A DNA stretch of 64,000 nucleotides from Chiloscyllium plagiosum. Lineage: Eukaryota. The notes beneath the pieces are model-generated. The model saw nothing but the letters and a program-made list of their open reading frames with translations, did no database searches and was not told the DNA's origin. The stretch covers positions 39,608,252 to 39,672,251 of the forward strand of contig NC_057719.1 in assembly GCF_004010195.1 (NCBI RefSeq). Direction: 5' to 3'. A program made the translations under genes and the position numbers. Of this stretch, positions 25,786 through 39,269 are shown piece after piece (positions within the stretch are counted from its first letter, which is position 1; each line of letters begins with the position of its first letter).

Positions 25786-26139
25786 AAGGTTGTGGTAAAG
25801 GAACAAAGCAATTGACCTAGAGTGAGTGTTAATAGCAGGATATTGAATAGCTCTCTCTCAAAGCAACAATTTGACAAAGCAAAAAACCTAAAACAGATAG
25901 CAGAGTTCATGGTTGGAGGTTGTTGAACTCAATATTGAGTCTAAAACACTGTAAAGCACCCTAACGGAAGATGACATACAGTTCCTCAAATGCACATTGA
26001 ACTTCACAGTAGCAGGCTAAGGTTAGAACTGAAAGCATCACAGCAAGGCAGTGTATTAATATAGAAAGAAACAGGAAGCTCAAGGCCAGTTGTGGAGTGA
26101 GCAGGGGTGTTCAACAAAATGATCACCCAGCCTGTCTTT

Positions 26140-26830
26140 GTAGAGTTATAGAGTAATACAGCATGAAAACAGGCCCTTTGGCCCAATTCATCCATGCCAA
26201 CCAGGTTTGCTAAACTGAACGAGTCTCATTTGTCCCGTATCCCTCTAAACCGTTCCTATCCACATAACTGTCCAAATAGCTTTTAAATGTTGAAATTGTG
26301 TCCACCTCTACCATTTCTTCAGGCAGTTCATTCCATACATGCACCATCCTCTGTGTGAAAATGTTGCCCTTCAGATCCCTTTTAAATCTTTCCACTCTCA
26401 TCTTAAACCTATGCCCTCTAGTTTTGGATTCCCCTACTCTGGGAAAAGGACCTTGGCTATTCACATAGTACTCAAAATGTGGCTTTACTAATCTCTTGTA
26501 CAGCTATAACAACCCCTGTACTCAATGCTCTAACCAATGAAGGCAAGCATGCCCAACATCATCTTCACCACCCTGTCTACCTGTGATAACTTTTTCAAGG
26601 AACTATGTACATGTACCCTTATGTCTCTCAATTTGACAACACTCCCAGCACCCTATCATTAACTGTGCAAGTCCTGTCCTGGTTCCTGACGAAGGACTCA
26701 TCCACAAAACATCGATTCTTCTGCTCCTTGGATGTTGCCTGACCTGCTGTGCATTTCCGGTGCACACTTTTCAACTCTGCCTTGGTTTGTCTTACCAGAA
26801 TGCAATACCTCACATTTATTAAAAATTAAA
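26140..26830 (-). mobile_element. CR1 LINE fragment with a PLE-end insert (~26680-26780)
   Basis: ESKTRGHRFKMRVERFKRDLKGNIFTQRMVHVWNELPEE is a CR1 ORF2 C-terminus. Confidence 0.82.
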
Positions 26831-27949
26831 CTATCTTCCATTCCATTTGGAGACCGTATTTCAATATTTCACCTATATAAAAGTGAACTCATAAACAGAT
26901 ACAATAAGTGCTTAGCTCACTAATCTGTTTAAATAGTTTTTCATCCCAACTCAAACTGGAGGCAGTGATACCATCAACATGGTAGAATCCTTTGCTTAAT
27001 ATAACAAATCATGCTATTAAATTATGTGACACTACTTCTGATAATGTATTGTCAGAATTGAATTGGAATTGCATCAAATGCAGATTATCAGCTCTATTAA
27101 CCCACACTGAATTTGGGATCAAATATCGTTCATTTGCAGAAGATAAGAACTTACTAAGAAAATGCTATGAATTTTTATTCACAGGCTGCAACAAGAAAGT
27201 TAATTGATTTCATTGTCTTCACATCTTATCGGAATAACATTGACCCCAAAGTATTTCATTTAATGATACATATTGAATCAACTCCATGATAAATAGTATA
27301 TTTAATACATTATATTCTGTTTCACACCTTTACCCATGGTTTGTGGGAAATGTGAAATGATCCAAACTAGTCATGAACATTATAAAATAATTTTAATTAG
27401 CAAAGATAAATACAGAATTATAAACATGCTTTACAGCATTGATCAGTGCCTTAAAAAAACTGAAATGCTCTATTTTCACTTGATTGCTTGCAAAAAGGGT
27501 ACAAAACATAAAATTAAACACAATCAGTATAAAAGTGCATAGTTCAAACTAAACTATGCATATAAAATCAAAGTTGAACACAAAACTTTTCACACAAAAT
27601 CAATTTTTCACCACAGAATAAAATATCAAGCACACTAAATATTGTTTGACCTAAAATATGAAATGAGAGACCTGGGCGTCAATGTTAACTCAGAGTTGGG
27701 TTCATAATAGGGGTGGTGGTCCCTAGGTGGGAAATCCAAAACAACTCTCCACTGAATCTGTCTGTCACATTTTAATGCTGCAATCAAATTATAACTTTAC
27801 TATTGGGTTCAGTGCAGAGCTGAGAGAAACACAATCTCATTTGGAATATTTCAAGGGTCAATCCAAAAGGTAGAATTTGGAAGACTAGTAGTTTCACATG
27901 GATTCAGTCATGGACTGTCTCAACATACTCAAGAACTACTTGATATACT

Positions 27950-28660
27950 GTGGATACAGTGAGAAGAAAAATAGATAACAAGTGAGAGCATTAGGCTCTT
28001 CCTCAGTAATGAGTAAGAAAGGAGGGTAGGAAGCTCAGAAGAACAGCGGAATCTTGGGAAGCTTAGCCACAGAGTCCTGGAGGTGGCAAAATAGGTTAAT
28101 AAAGGTAGTTACAGGACACTTACCTTTGTTTATCATAGCATAGATAAGAGCAGTGAGGTTATGTTGGAGTGGGACAGGACTTTGGTTAGGCCACAGTTGA
28201 AGTACTGGGTGCAGTTCTGTGATTGCACTGGAGAGGATGCAGAGAAGATTCACCAGGATGTTGCCTGATATGGAGCAGTTTAACCATGAAGACAGGCTGC
28301 AGCAGCTCAGGTTGTTTTCTCTGGAGTAGAGAAGGCTAAGAGGTGACTTGATTGAGGTATATAAGATTATAAGGTCTTGGACAGGATGGATAGAAAGCAG
28401 CTGTCCCTCTTAGCTGAATGGTCAATCAATGGTGAAAGCAAGAGGTTTAGAGGGGGCTTGATGAAATTGTTTTTTTACCGAGAGGCTGGTGGGAATCTGG
28501 AATGCACTGCCTGGGAGGGGGATTGAGGTGGGTCTCACAATCTGTAAAAAACACTTGAATTGTCATAACATTCAAGGCCAAGGGCCAAATGCTAGAAAGT
28601 TGGATTAGATTTAGTGTAGATTTAGAATAATATTTTGTTGGTGCAGACTCAATGGGCCAA
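27950..28660 (+). mobile_element. Degenerate CR1 LINE 3' part
   Basis: LVRPQLKYWVQF and LERMQRRFTRML motifs. Confidence 0.75.
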
Positions 28661-29747
28661 ATCTTGGAAGAAAGCAGATGTTGAAGAAGTCAACAGCAGC
28701 ATGAAGCTGATTTTCCTCTGGGTTTTGGTATCCCAATGTTAGAACCAAAATGAAATTATCCCAAGGTAGAATTTTGGCAGCAAGATTAGCAGCAGAATCT
28801 TAGTGTGGTCTCTTAATTAGCCACCTTTGCATTTGCCAACATCTCAACGTTTGACAGTTGAACTCCTAAAGCTACTGGTTTGGAGAGCAAACAGAGAGAT
28901 GGACACTGCTTAGACCATTCAGGAACCATGAGGCTGCATCGATATGGGAGATCTGCTCATCGGTCAAAAGGCAAACTGCATGGTCTCCCAGTTAACTGGT
29001 GACAGAAATAAATCTCAGTGACCCATGTCAGACATGTTACCTTGACTTCACCAGCAAGTGAAATGTGATCATCTTGATAACACTAAATTCCAACTTCCAT
29101 ATCTTATGATACTCTTTCTTTCCCCAAGCCTTCACACGTTCAGTAGCAGTCAATGGCACACCTGGATGCCAAATCCTTCAGGATTGCACCATCACAGGAT
29201 TCATGTTTGCTGCACAACAGTAGAGATACTCTCAGTCCTGTGGGTCCAGTTAGACAGACAGTTAGGATCCACATGTTGAATCAAAATTAATAAGTGAGCA
29301 AGTGCAAAAAGTTGCAGAAACAGGTATGGAGAGTGCACATTGGAGGGCAACTCTCCCTTAAGTTCTGTTTGGTTAAATACAGATGTTATAACCCAGGGGC
29401 TACTGATAAAAATAGATGCAGATAGTATGCAATGTAATGTATTGACATGTTGTACACTGTCCACAATGGCAGAAACAATGGAGGAGGCTAGTTCAAATTT
29501 GAGAGAGTTGCACTTGCATGTACAAGGACGTCATCCTCCTCCACAAAAAGATCAGCAACTCCCTGGAATATCACCTGAATCAGAGATCAAAGTGAACTTA
29601 TGTAGGCCTTGGGCATATGAAGACCCTCCATTTCAAAGTATTTGGTGGCTTAGCTAGGATGGCAAACATCTTGGCTTAACAGTGAATACCTGATCAACAT
29701 GTAGTGCTGTCGAGCAGGGTGGTGGGAATGAATGGCCCTGTGACTTG

Positions 29748-29970
29748 GAAAAAAGTAAGGACTGTGGATGCTGGAGAGTCAGAGTTGACAAAGTGTGGCA
29801 CTGGAAAAAGCATAGCAGGCCGGGCAGCATCCGAGGAGTAAGAGTTGACTTTTCAGACAGCATCCTTCGGATCCTCTTGCTCCTCGGATGCTGCCCGACC
29901 TGCTGTGCTTTTTCCAGCGCCACACTTTATCAATTTTGACTCCCCAGCATCTGCAGTCCTCACTGTCCCC
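29748..29970. mobile_element. Near-symmetric palindromic Penelope-terminus element
   Basis: Two ~95-bp inverted copies of the PLE end with a short spacer. Confidence 0.82.
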
Positions 29971-30814
29971 TAGTTGCTGAAAACCATACTACAAAGCCTC
30001 TTCGAAGGATGCCCACTTTGAAGATTTCCTCCTCCATCTGCAAAGATCTCTGAGTCTCTCTCCAACCCCAACCCCCTGGATCATTTCTCCCACCTTGAAT
30101 ATCTTCAGCCACTTTCTGAAACAATTCTATTACTGTAGCCATGTCTCCTTCCTCAGTACCTGTGTACATCACCAGGACAACTGCTACCTACAGCAAATCC
30201 AGAGCCTCTGGAAATGGTTCTTGCTCTGAATCATCAGCTCCACACTCGCAGCCATGCATCAGCACCTACACACTCTGCAGTCGGCCTTCCCCAGCTCAGG
30301 GCCTCACTCTTCCAGACGTACAAAGGATCTCTGCTGTTCTTCATCTGAAAAGGATCCAAATCCTGAAAAAGGGTCCTGCTCGAAACGTCGGCCTCTCTTG
30401 ACTTTTGGATGCTGCCTGACCTGCTATGCTTTTTCCAGCACCAAGCTTTATGAATGTTACTGTTCTGTGAGGGGGAATATGGTGGAAATGGACATGGGAG
30501 AGAGAAATTCATTCAAAGCACTCCCAAGTTTCACATGTTGACTTACCTCCCCCTCCATTACTTCAGCTCCCAACCTGTTACTTTAGCTCCTGATATCCAT
30601 GTATGGTGTTGTACAGATGCAGATGGGGCAATCTGTGTCAGGGTCTTAAAGTGTGATCCCAAGGGGATGGCAACCTAGAGAATCTGAAATATCACAACAA
30701 GGATGCCACACATAAAAGGCAGTAGTGCAAATGAAAAATAAAGCTTTTTACAAGGACCTGAACATAATAATTGTTAGTCATCATATTGGACACTCACAGA
30801 TGCTTACTAAATGA

Positions 30815-31000
30815 CATGTCCAGACCTGCCTAGACACTGAAGTGCATTGGAAGCTTGCCACTGACTTGCTCAGTGACACATCAGATGGACATCCAAGTGT
30901 TGTCGTATGGCTCTTAGTCTTCACTGGTGAAATTCCACACAGGTATCATTAACCAAGATTGAATGGAGTCTCCTTTGTCTCTGAGCTAGCAGCCCTTCAG
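30815..31000 (-). mobile_element. Fossil PIF/Harbinger transposase fragment
   Basis: Manual translation LKGC*LRDKGDSIQSWLMIPVWNFTSED*EPYDNTWMSI*CVTEQVSGKLPMHF/CLGRSG resembles the Harbinger DDE C-terminal motifs GDxGY...WLMTP...YN...R..IEQ..G.LK.RFRCL. Confidence 0.65.
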
Positions 31001-31079
31001 TTTGCCTGCTGGTCTCAAGAGGTCAAGCTTGGTCTGTCACAGGAGAAAAATCTAGCCATTACCCCTTGCTGCTCAAGAG

Positions 31080-32605
31080 CACTTGTTTGGCTGAATCACC
31101 ACCATCAACATTGCGGGGGATTTTGTTAAGCAGAAACTGAACTGGAGCATGCTGTGGATACAAGAGCAGGTCAGAGGCTAGGAATCCTGCAGTAAGAAAT
31201 TCAGGTACTGTCTCCCCAGTACCTGTTCATCATCTATAAGGCACAGGTCATGTGTGAAAGAACATTCTCTACCTGTCTAAATGAGTGTAGTCCAACAACA
31301 CAAGCTTGATACCATCCAGGAAAAAAGCAGCCCACTTGTTTGACAGTGTTGTCATACCTCACAACAGTGTTGAGAAAGTGGGAGACTGCAGAAGGACTTG
31401 GACATCCAAGGCAAATGGGCAAAGAAGTGTCAGATTAAACACAATGTGATGGAGTGTGAGGTTATACATTTTGGTAGGAAGAATATAGGTGTAGGCTATT
31501 TTCTAAACTGGGAAGATTTCAGAGTACAAAGGGACTTGGGAGTCTTAGTTCAAGATTTTGTTAAAGTTCAAATGCAAGTTCAACTGGTGGTTAGGCAAGT
31601 AAATGTAATGTTAGCAATCATTTCAAGAGGGCTAAAAAAAACAAGAGCAGAGATGTACTGCTGAAGCTGTATAAGGCTATGGTCAGACCACATTTAGAAT
31701 ATAGTGAGCAGTTTTGAGCCCCGTATCCAAGATGTGCTGGTTTTGGAAGGGGCTCCAGAGGACATTTACAAGAATGATTACAAAAGTGAAGGGCTCGTCA
31801 TGAGAGTGGTTAAGGACCCTGGGTACTCAGACTTCAGAAGGCTGAGGGGAAAATCTCATTGAAACTTACAAAATACTAAGAGGCCTGGATAGATTGGACA
31901 TGGAGAAAATGTTTCCACTATTAGGAAAGACAAGGACCCAGAGCACAGCCTCAGGGTGAAGGGAGAACCTTTCGAACGGAAAAGAGAATGAATTTCTTCA
32001 GCTAGAGAGTGGCCAATCTGTGGAACTGATTGCCACAGAGAGCTGTGGAGGTCAAGTTATTCAGTGTCTTTAAGACAAGAGATACTTAGGCTCTTGATAG
32101 TAAGGTGACCAAGGTTATGGAGAGAAGTCAGGAGGATAGGGTTGAGGAACATTTAAGCTGTGATTAAATGGCAAGTCAATGGGCTGAACGGCCTAATTCT
32201 ACTCCAATGTGATATGGATTTATTCACTCCCTTCATCACGGTGGCAGCAATGTATACCATCTTCAAGAGACACTGAAATAACTCACAAAGGCTCCTTCAA
32301 CAACACTTTTTAAACCTGCAGACCCTACCACCTAGAAGGAAAAGATCAGATAAATGGCAATACCACACAACTGGCATGTTTGCCTCTGCACACTCTCCTG
32401 ACTTGGAACAGTATTATCTTTCTTTCCCTGCTGCTGGGTTAAAATCCTAGGACCTCCTTCCAAATAGCACGGTGGGTGTCCCTCCACCCCAAGGACTGAG
32501 CAGTTCAAAGCAGTAGCTCACCACCACCTGTTTAAGAGTAATTAGCAATGGGTAGTAAATGCCAATCCAGCCAGCAACACTCTCATCCCATGAACAAATA
32601 AAAAG
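31080..32605 (+). mobile_element. Second-family LINE 3' part interrupted by a CR1 fragment (~31370-32220)
   Basis: CR1 motifs CEVIHFGRKN and QRDLGVLV inside LINE sequence that ends in the shared tail. Confidence 0.75.
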
Positions 32606-34479
32606 GATGAAAGCAGATTGGCAACTTCCTGGGAATCTAGTGCATTTATAAATAAAACATTTGAACCCTAGTTAAATATTAATAGAAGAGATCCCCTCAT
32701 GTTTTACAAATATGCCTGATTCATCTGGGATGGCAACAATTGTCAAGCGTAGTCAATGATGCTCTGACCGATTAGAAGCAGGACAAAGCCACAAACCAGA
32801 GTATTTGCTCATCTTGACTGTTATCATCACAAGCAAATCTGACATCATTCTCTGCCTGGCAATACATCCATTAATAATTTGCTTTATGCATTAAAATGCA
32901 ACCAACATCAGAGATCCTGCAGGATTTTCCAATAACATCTTGAAAGCAAATAAGTTGAGGAAAGTGATCAATTTCACAACTCCTGGTAATGAATTTCTAA
33001 TAGGTCTGCTTCTACAAGGCTGCAAATGTCTTCTTTCATCCAATATTCCATCTGCATTTGAATTTGAGTCAAGAAAACTAAGCCTTCACCTGAATACCTG
33101 TTAACATTGCCAGTGCCTCATTGCAAGGTCTCTCCCTCTGCTGCTTCTTGCTCTGATCATGTGAAGGCCATTGTTGCTATTGTTGATGGTGATCCTGCTT
33201 TCATCAGCAGTCTAATCCACATTAGCCATATCACCATCCATCTTGAACTTAGTGTATCCAAATTGCACAAAACAACCTCTTGCCATGAGTATTCTGAACA
33301 AATCCTTTCCCACTGTACAAGGTAAGAATGCGGTAGCAAAGGCTGAGTGCTTACAACTACTTTGAATGACTCATGTAAATTCCTGTCTTATTCTTACCTT
33401 GATTTCAATACAAAGTTTCATGGAGTCCAGCACACACTGCTAATTTTAAATGCCTGTTAATTTAAATTGGCTAATTTGGCTATTGCAAATATTTTATTAA
33501 ATTGATGGCTCATCTCACTGGGAGCAGAATGCAGACATGGCCTTTCAGTGACACTAATATTTTCAACAAGTTAAACATTTTCTATTTGCACCTAAACCTG
33601 TGATCCTCAATGTTAAAATTTCTCAACACACCACCACCCAGACCTAGAATGATTCAAAGTGCATAGTGCGCAAACAAATAGACTAAATTAAACAGTGAGG
33701 GTCAGAAGGTTTGACCTGCAAACCCCCAAGAGGTAGATATATTGTAATTCTTCCAAATCCTAGTGACACCAATAGGTCTCCAACTTGCATAATCATACCT
33801 TTAGTTGAGTTGTGATTATTGAAATCTATGTATAAAAGATTAGTTTATAAATCCACACAAGTGTTTTAAAATTTCCAAAAATGTTAAAAATAGATTATTT
33901 CCAGTCGAGGTAACATTAGAGATTTACTTTCAAAATCAAATTTGGACGTCATCTGTAAAATACAAGAATAATATTAATTTAGAGATAATGTTTGCAACAG
34001 TAGAGCTTACTTTTCTTATTCTTTGAAACCTACATGACCAGTACAAATAGAACAGGCCATATTACTTATTTTTATGCCATTAAGCTATTTAATATTATTT
34101 ATGTTAAACTGTAATAGTGAGATTTAGATTACAGCTCTTAATCTCCCATTTGCTACTGAATATTCAATTTCTACTGTTTTCTTTTAAAACAAAGATATAA
34201 ATACATACAAGCCTGTCTTTATATTTGATGCAATTTGAGGAGACCTTGCAAACCAAAGTTTGAAAAGGAAATGGACTTCCCTCCTGAGAAACTAAACTGC
34301 ACAATTGCAACATTAATAAAATTAATATTAGGATTCATTACAAAACTGAATGTGTGCAGATTCATCAATGTAAGCATTCAAACAACAGAACTAAAATGAG
34401 AAGATTGTATTAAAGTTATTGAATTTTCTTAAAGTTATTGAATTTAGCAAAGCAAAAGCATTTAAGTAATGGCAATAAA

Positions 34480-36500
34480 GGGGAAGCCAGTAGATGTCAC
34501 ATATGTGGATTTCCAAAAGGTCATTAAGGTCCTGAATATAACCTACTTATTAAGATAGAGTCCATTGTGTTGGGCGTGGGGGGGGGCGTGGTAATAGGTT
34601 CGCATGGATAGGGAATTGATTAACTAATTGAGATAAAGGGGCATTTTGAGGATGGCAGCCTGTAATTACAGGGATCAATGCTGGGATTACAATTACTTAC
34701 AATATACATTGGTAACTTTGATGATGGAACTGAATGCATTAAATTTGCAGATGAAAGAAATTGAGTGAGAAGGCAAGAAGTAAGGATGGCAAAGAATCTA
34801 CAAAGGGATGTAGACAGGTTAAATGAGTAGGCAAAAACATAGTTGATTGAATGTAAAATGTGGCAAAATGTGTTTATGCATTTTAACTGTAAAAATAAAA
34901 GACCTAAATATTATTTCAATACGGGAAGACTGCAGATAAATGCAACACAGATTTGAAGATCCTCATGCATGAACCACGAAAAGTTAGCATCCAAGTGCAG
35001 CAGGCAATAGCGAACAAAAAATGGACTGTTGGCCTTTATTTCAAAGGAAATAGTTATAAAGATATGGAGGTCTTCCTAAAACTATAGGCAAGAACACAAC
35101 ATAACATAGAAACATTGAAAATAGAATCAGGCATTCAGCCCTTGAGCCTACTCCATTGTTCAGCATGATCATCCAACTCCGTAACCCTATTCCCACTTTC
35201 TCCCCATACCCTTTGACCTTAGTGAAGGAAACATATACTGGTATTGAAGGCACTCCAAAGAAGGTTCACTAGGTTGATCTTGGGTATGGAGGGACCATCT
35301 TATCCACTCATTGGAGTTTAAAAGGAAGTTTAAATGCACTAATTAAAACATACAAGATTCTTGAAAGTTAGTTTCCCTTTGTAGGTCAGTTGAGGACCAG
35401 AAGCTTTAACCTCAGGGTAAGGCATCACACATTTAAGTCAGATGGCAAGAAACCTCTCCTGAGGATAGTGAAGCTGTGAAATTATTTATCACAGAGGGCT
35501 GCTGAAGTTGAGTTTTTGGAGTATATACAAGGTTGGGATAGACAGAATTTTAATCAGCAACGGAATCCAGGTTTATGGGGACAAACATAAAAATAAAAGC
35601 CAGAGTAGATAATTTGGCCCTTCAAGCTTGCTCTGACTTTCAAAATGGTCATAGCTGATGATTAAATGCAGCACAGGTCAGGTATCCTCTATGCGCAAGT
35701 CCAAAAACTTAAAAGACCTAAAATCAAGACTGGGCTCAAATGAGCCTAAAAAGGGAAGTCCCCCCCTCCCCCACAAAGTGCCTCAAACAGACCTATTACA
35801 GGGTAAGTGTATTCAAAAATATCCTTTCTCTGAAAGCCGTTTGGTCTAGAGGTTTTTGAATAAAAAATTCCTAACTTGTGCCTTCCTCTCATTTTCTCCC
35901 CGTACCCTCTGATCCCTTTAGCCCTAAGATGTATAGTGTCCTTAAACTGTGACTCCACCCATCAGGAACATTCTTCTTTATCAATCGTACACATAGTCCT
36001 TTAGAATTTTATAAGTTTCCACATGACCCTTCATTCTTCTAAGTTCCAATCAATGCAATTCTAACCAATCATGCCTGTCTTCATACATCAATCCTGCTAT
36101 CCAAGGAACGGGTCTGGACTCCCTCCATTGTGGACTCCCTCCATAGCCAGAACATCCATCCTGAGACAAGGAGATCAGAACTGCACACAATACTCCAGGA
36201 TGTGGTCTCTTCAAGGCCTATACAATTGCAGGAAATGCTTTCTTCACTACTTCCTGCACCTGAATGCATACTTTCAGTGACTGGTGTTCAAGGACACCCA
36301 TGTCTCATTGCACCTCCCCCTTTCCCAATCTATTGCTGTTCAGATAATGATCTGCCTTCCAGCTTTGCTACCAAAGTGACAAGGCAGTAAAGTGGAGTTA
36401 AGGACTATCAGATAGCCATTACCTCATTGAATGGCAGAACAAACCTTGCGAGCTAAATGGTCTATTTCTGTTCCCATATCATATGGTCTTAGGATTGAAC
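34480..36500. mobile_element. Cluster of nested, degenerate CR1 fragments on both strands
   Basis: DFQK and KFAD RT remnants on plus; CR1 3' pieces on minus (e.g. 35590-36370). Confidence 0.65.
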
Positions 36501-37415
36501 CCTAAATCAGATTTACAAGAACTTTCCACCCACACCACATTTAAGTCCATAGAGATAATGAAATTAGTTTTTAAAAAATGAATCAGGAAATAAGGCACAA
36601 CTATAAATCCTGATATAAATGTACTACAAAGTTACTTTTTATAATCACCAAGAAAATATATTTGCTTTCAATTCCTACAGATCTACACACAGGTATCTTT
36701 ATCATAAGGTCAATGAGTATTATGTCTATACTTTTTCTGAACAGTGAGTGAATGAACTATCCTGGATTGTAAGTCTACAAGGATGATCTTAGGCAAGCTT
36801 GCCCAGAAACAAATTCTTTCATTTTGGCCAGATTGATATTCTTTATTGGAAGCTAGCAAAGTGAATGTTTCACCTTCTCCAACTTATCTTTGCTAACTTA
36901 TCCATGCAGCTATGTGGAACGAGTTTAGTTTGGGAACACAGTCAGTGTGGACTAGTTAGACTGAATGGTCGGTTTTCCATGCTGTCTGACTCTAATATCA
37001 AATTTACCACTGTACTCAAAGCAAATAATTTCAACTTACTTTTAAAGAATGATGCAGGTCTTTGACTGACTTCTGGAAAGTTGTGGATGTACTCTAGACT
37101 CAAATATTCTGTGGGAAAAGTGAAAAACTGAAAATACAACCTGTTAAATAATAATTACCCTTTTTAGAAAGTAATATTTTAGACTACAGTTTAAGAGTAA
37201 TTTAAGATGGAATATATGGGAATTGTAGCAAGTTTAGGTGGTTCCTAAAACTTGCAATCTCTAGGGTATTTTCCTCAGTTCAGTTCCAGGAGTGTTGTGG
37301 ATTAATTGACAGAGACTGATTGCCATGATCAGTCAACAACTCAAATATTGCATTATTTATATAGCCAGTAAGGAACACAAATTCCTCTGTTCCTGACTTT
37401 GGTTAATGTGGGTAG

Positions 37416-38530
37416 CCGTTCCCTCCGTGACTACCTGGTCAAGGTCCACGCCCCCCTGCAACCCACCTTCCCATCCTGGCACCTTCCCCTGCCACCGCAG
37501 GAACTGCAAAACCTGCCCCCACACCTCCTCCCTCACCTCCATCCAAGGCCCTAAAGGAGCCTTCCACATCCAAAGTTTTACCTACACATCCACTAATATC
37601 ATTTATTGTATCCATTGCTCCCGATGCGGTCTCCTCTACATTGGGAAGACTGGACGCCTCCTAGCAGAGCGCTTTAGGGAACATCTCCGGGACACCCGCA
37701 CCAATCAACCACACCGCCCTGTGGCCCAATATTTCAACTCCCCCTCCCACTCTGCCAAGGACATGGAGGTTCTGGGCCTCCTNNNNNNNNNNNNNNNNNN
37801 NNNNNNNNNNNNNNNNNNNNNNNNNNNNNNNNNNNNNNNNNNNNNNNNNNNNNNNNNNNNNNNNNNNNNNNNNNNNNNNNNNNNNNNNNNNNNNNNNNNN
37901 NNNNNNNNNNNNNNNNNNNNNNNNNNNNNNNNNNNNNNNNNNNNNNNNNNNNTGGGGAGACTGGACGCCTCCTAGCAGAGCGCTTTAGGGAACATCTCCG
38001 GGACACCCGCACCAATCAACCACATCGCCCTGTGGCCCAGCATTTCAACTCCCCCTCCCACTCTGCCGAGGACATGGAGGTCCTGGGCCTCCTTCACCGC
38101 TGCACGTCTGGAGAAGAACGCCTCATCTTCCGCCTCAGAACACTTCAACCCCAAGGCATCAATGTGGTCTTTAACAGTTTCCTCATTTCCCCTTTCCCCA
38201 TCTCACCCTAATTCCAAACTTCCAGCTCAGCACTGTCCCCATGACTTATCCTACCTGCCAATCTTCTTCTCCACCTATCCACTCCACCCATCACCTTCAC
38301 CCCCTCCCCCACTCATCTATTGTACTCTATGCTACTTTCTCCCCACCCCCACCCTCCTCTAGCTTATCTCTCCACGCTTCAAGCTCTCTGATGAAGAGCT
38401 GATTCCTGATGAAGAGCTTTTGCCCAAAACGTCAATTTTACTGCTCCTTGGATGCTGCTTGAACTGCTGTGCTCTTCCAGCACCACTATCCAGAATCTGG
38501 TTTCCAACATCTGCAGTCATTGTTTTTACC
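37416..38530 (+). mobile_element. 5'-truncated Penelope-like element with 13-bp TSD, spanning a gap
   Basis: GTFPCHRRNCKTC...IYCIHCSRCGLLYIGKTGRLLAERFREH...; TSD TTAATGTGGGTAG at 37403-37415 and 38531-38543. Confidence 0.92.
37783..37952. other. Assembly gap (N run)
   Basis: Run of N. Confidence 1.
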
Positions 38531-39269
38531 TTAATGTGGGTAGAGTAATATTATGTTCTCTGAACCTTTTCACACAAATTCTGTTGAAATACTGTCCGAA
38601 TATTCAGAGGTGGTTTTAAGTTTAAGTTGAAACAAACTTAATTTTTCCCCCCATGCTGAGAAAATGGAACTGGCTGAACAAATGAACATTAATAGCCAAC
38701 CCCCAGAAGATAGTCAGCAGTTCCTAATCTTTTTATTATAAAGGTCCCAGGTTTCAAAACATTTTTATTATCAGCCCACGTGTTTGAGAACAGAACCCAC
38801 TTTGGAAACATAAGTTTGCACAGAGAATTAGCTGCAAAGATAGGGACGTATCTACTTGTTACTGAAAACAAACTTCACTACCTGTGGTTGACACCATGAA
38901 AGTCGAGCTCAATTTTAAATGTATAAATAGCTTAAGTATAAAAGTTAGTTAACTTTATTCTTAAAAAAAATTTGAATTAAGAAACCTTAGAAACATGCCT
39001 TTAGAATGAATCTAAAGGTTTCTGTAATCTATCAGCAATTCAGTCTTTAGCAATAAACTTGTGACTTTCACTGATTCATCAGATCTCCCAGAACCTCAGT
39101 ACAAAAGCTGTTGGATTGGGTATATAATTAAATAGTACATATTCTCAAGAGAGCATAGTACTGCAGATGCTAGAAATCTGGAACAAATAGAAAAACACTA
39201 AAGATAATCAGGAGGGCTGGTAGCATCCATGGACGGGGTAACAGAATTAATAATTTTAAAATCTGATAT

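Noticed and set aside
33107..33327. 72-aa ORF ending at a strong donor-like AAG|GTAAGA
   Set aside because: No recognisable protein similarity and no partner exons found.
37641..38091. ~140-bp direct repeat on either side of the small gap
   Set aside because: Most simply an unmerged contig overlap or haplotype/paralogue mis-join inside a repeat; cannot be called a real duplication without reads.
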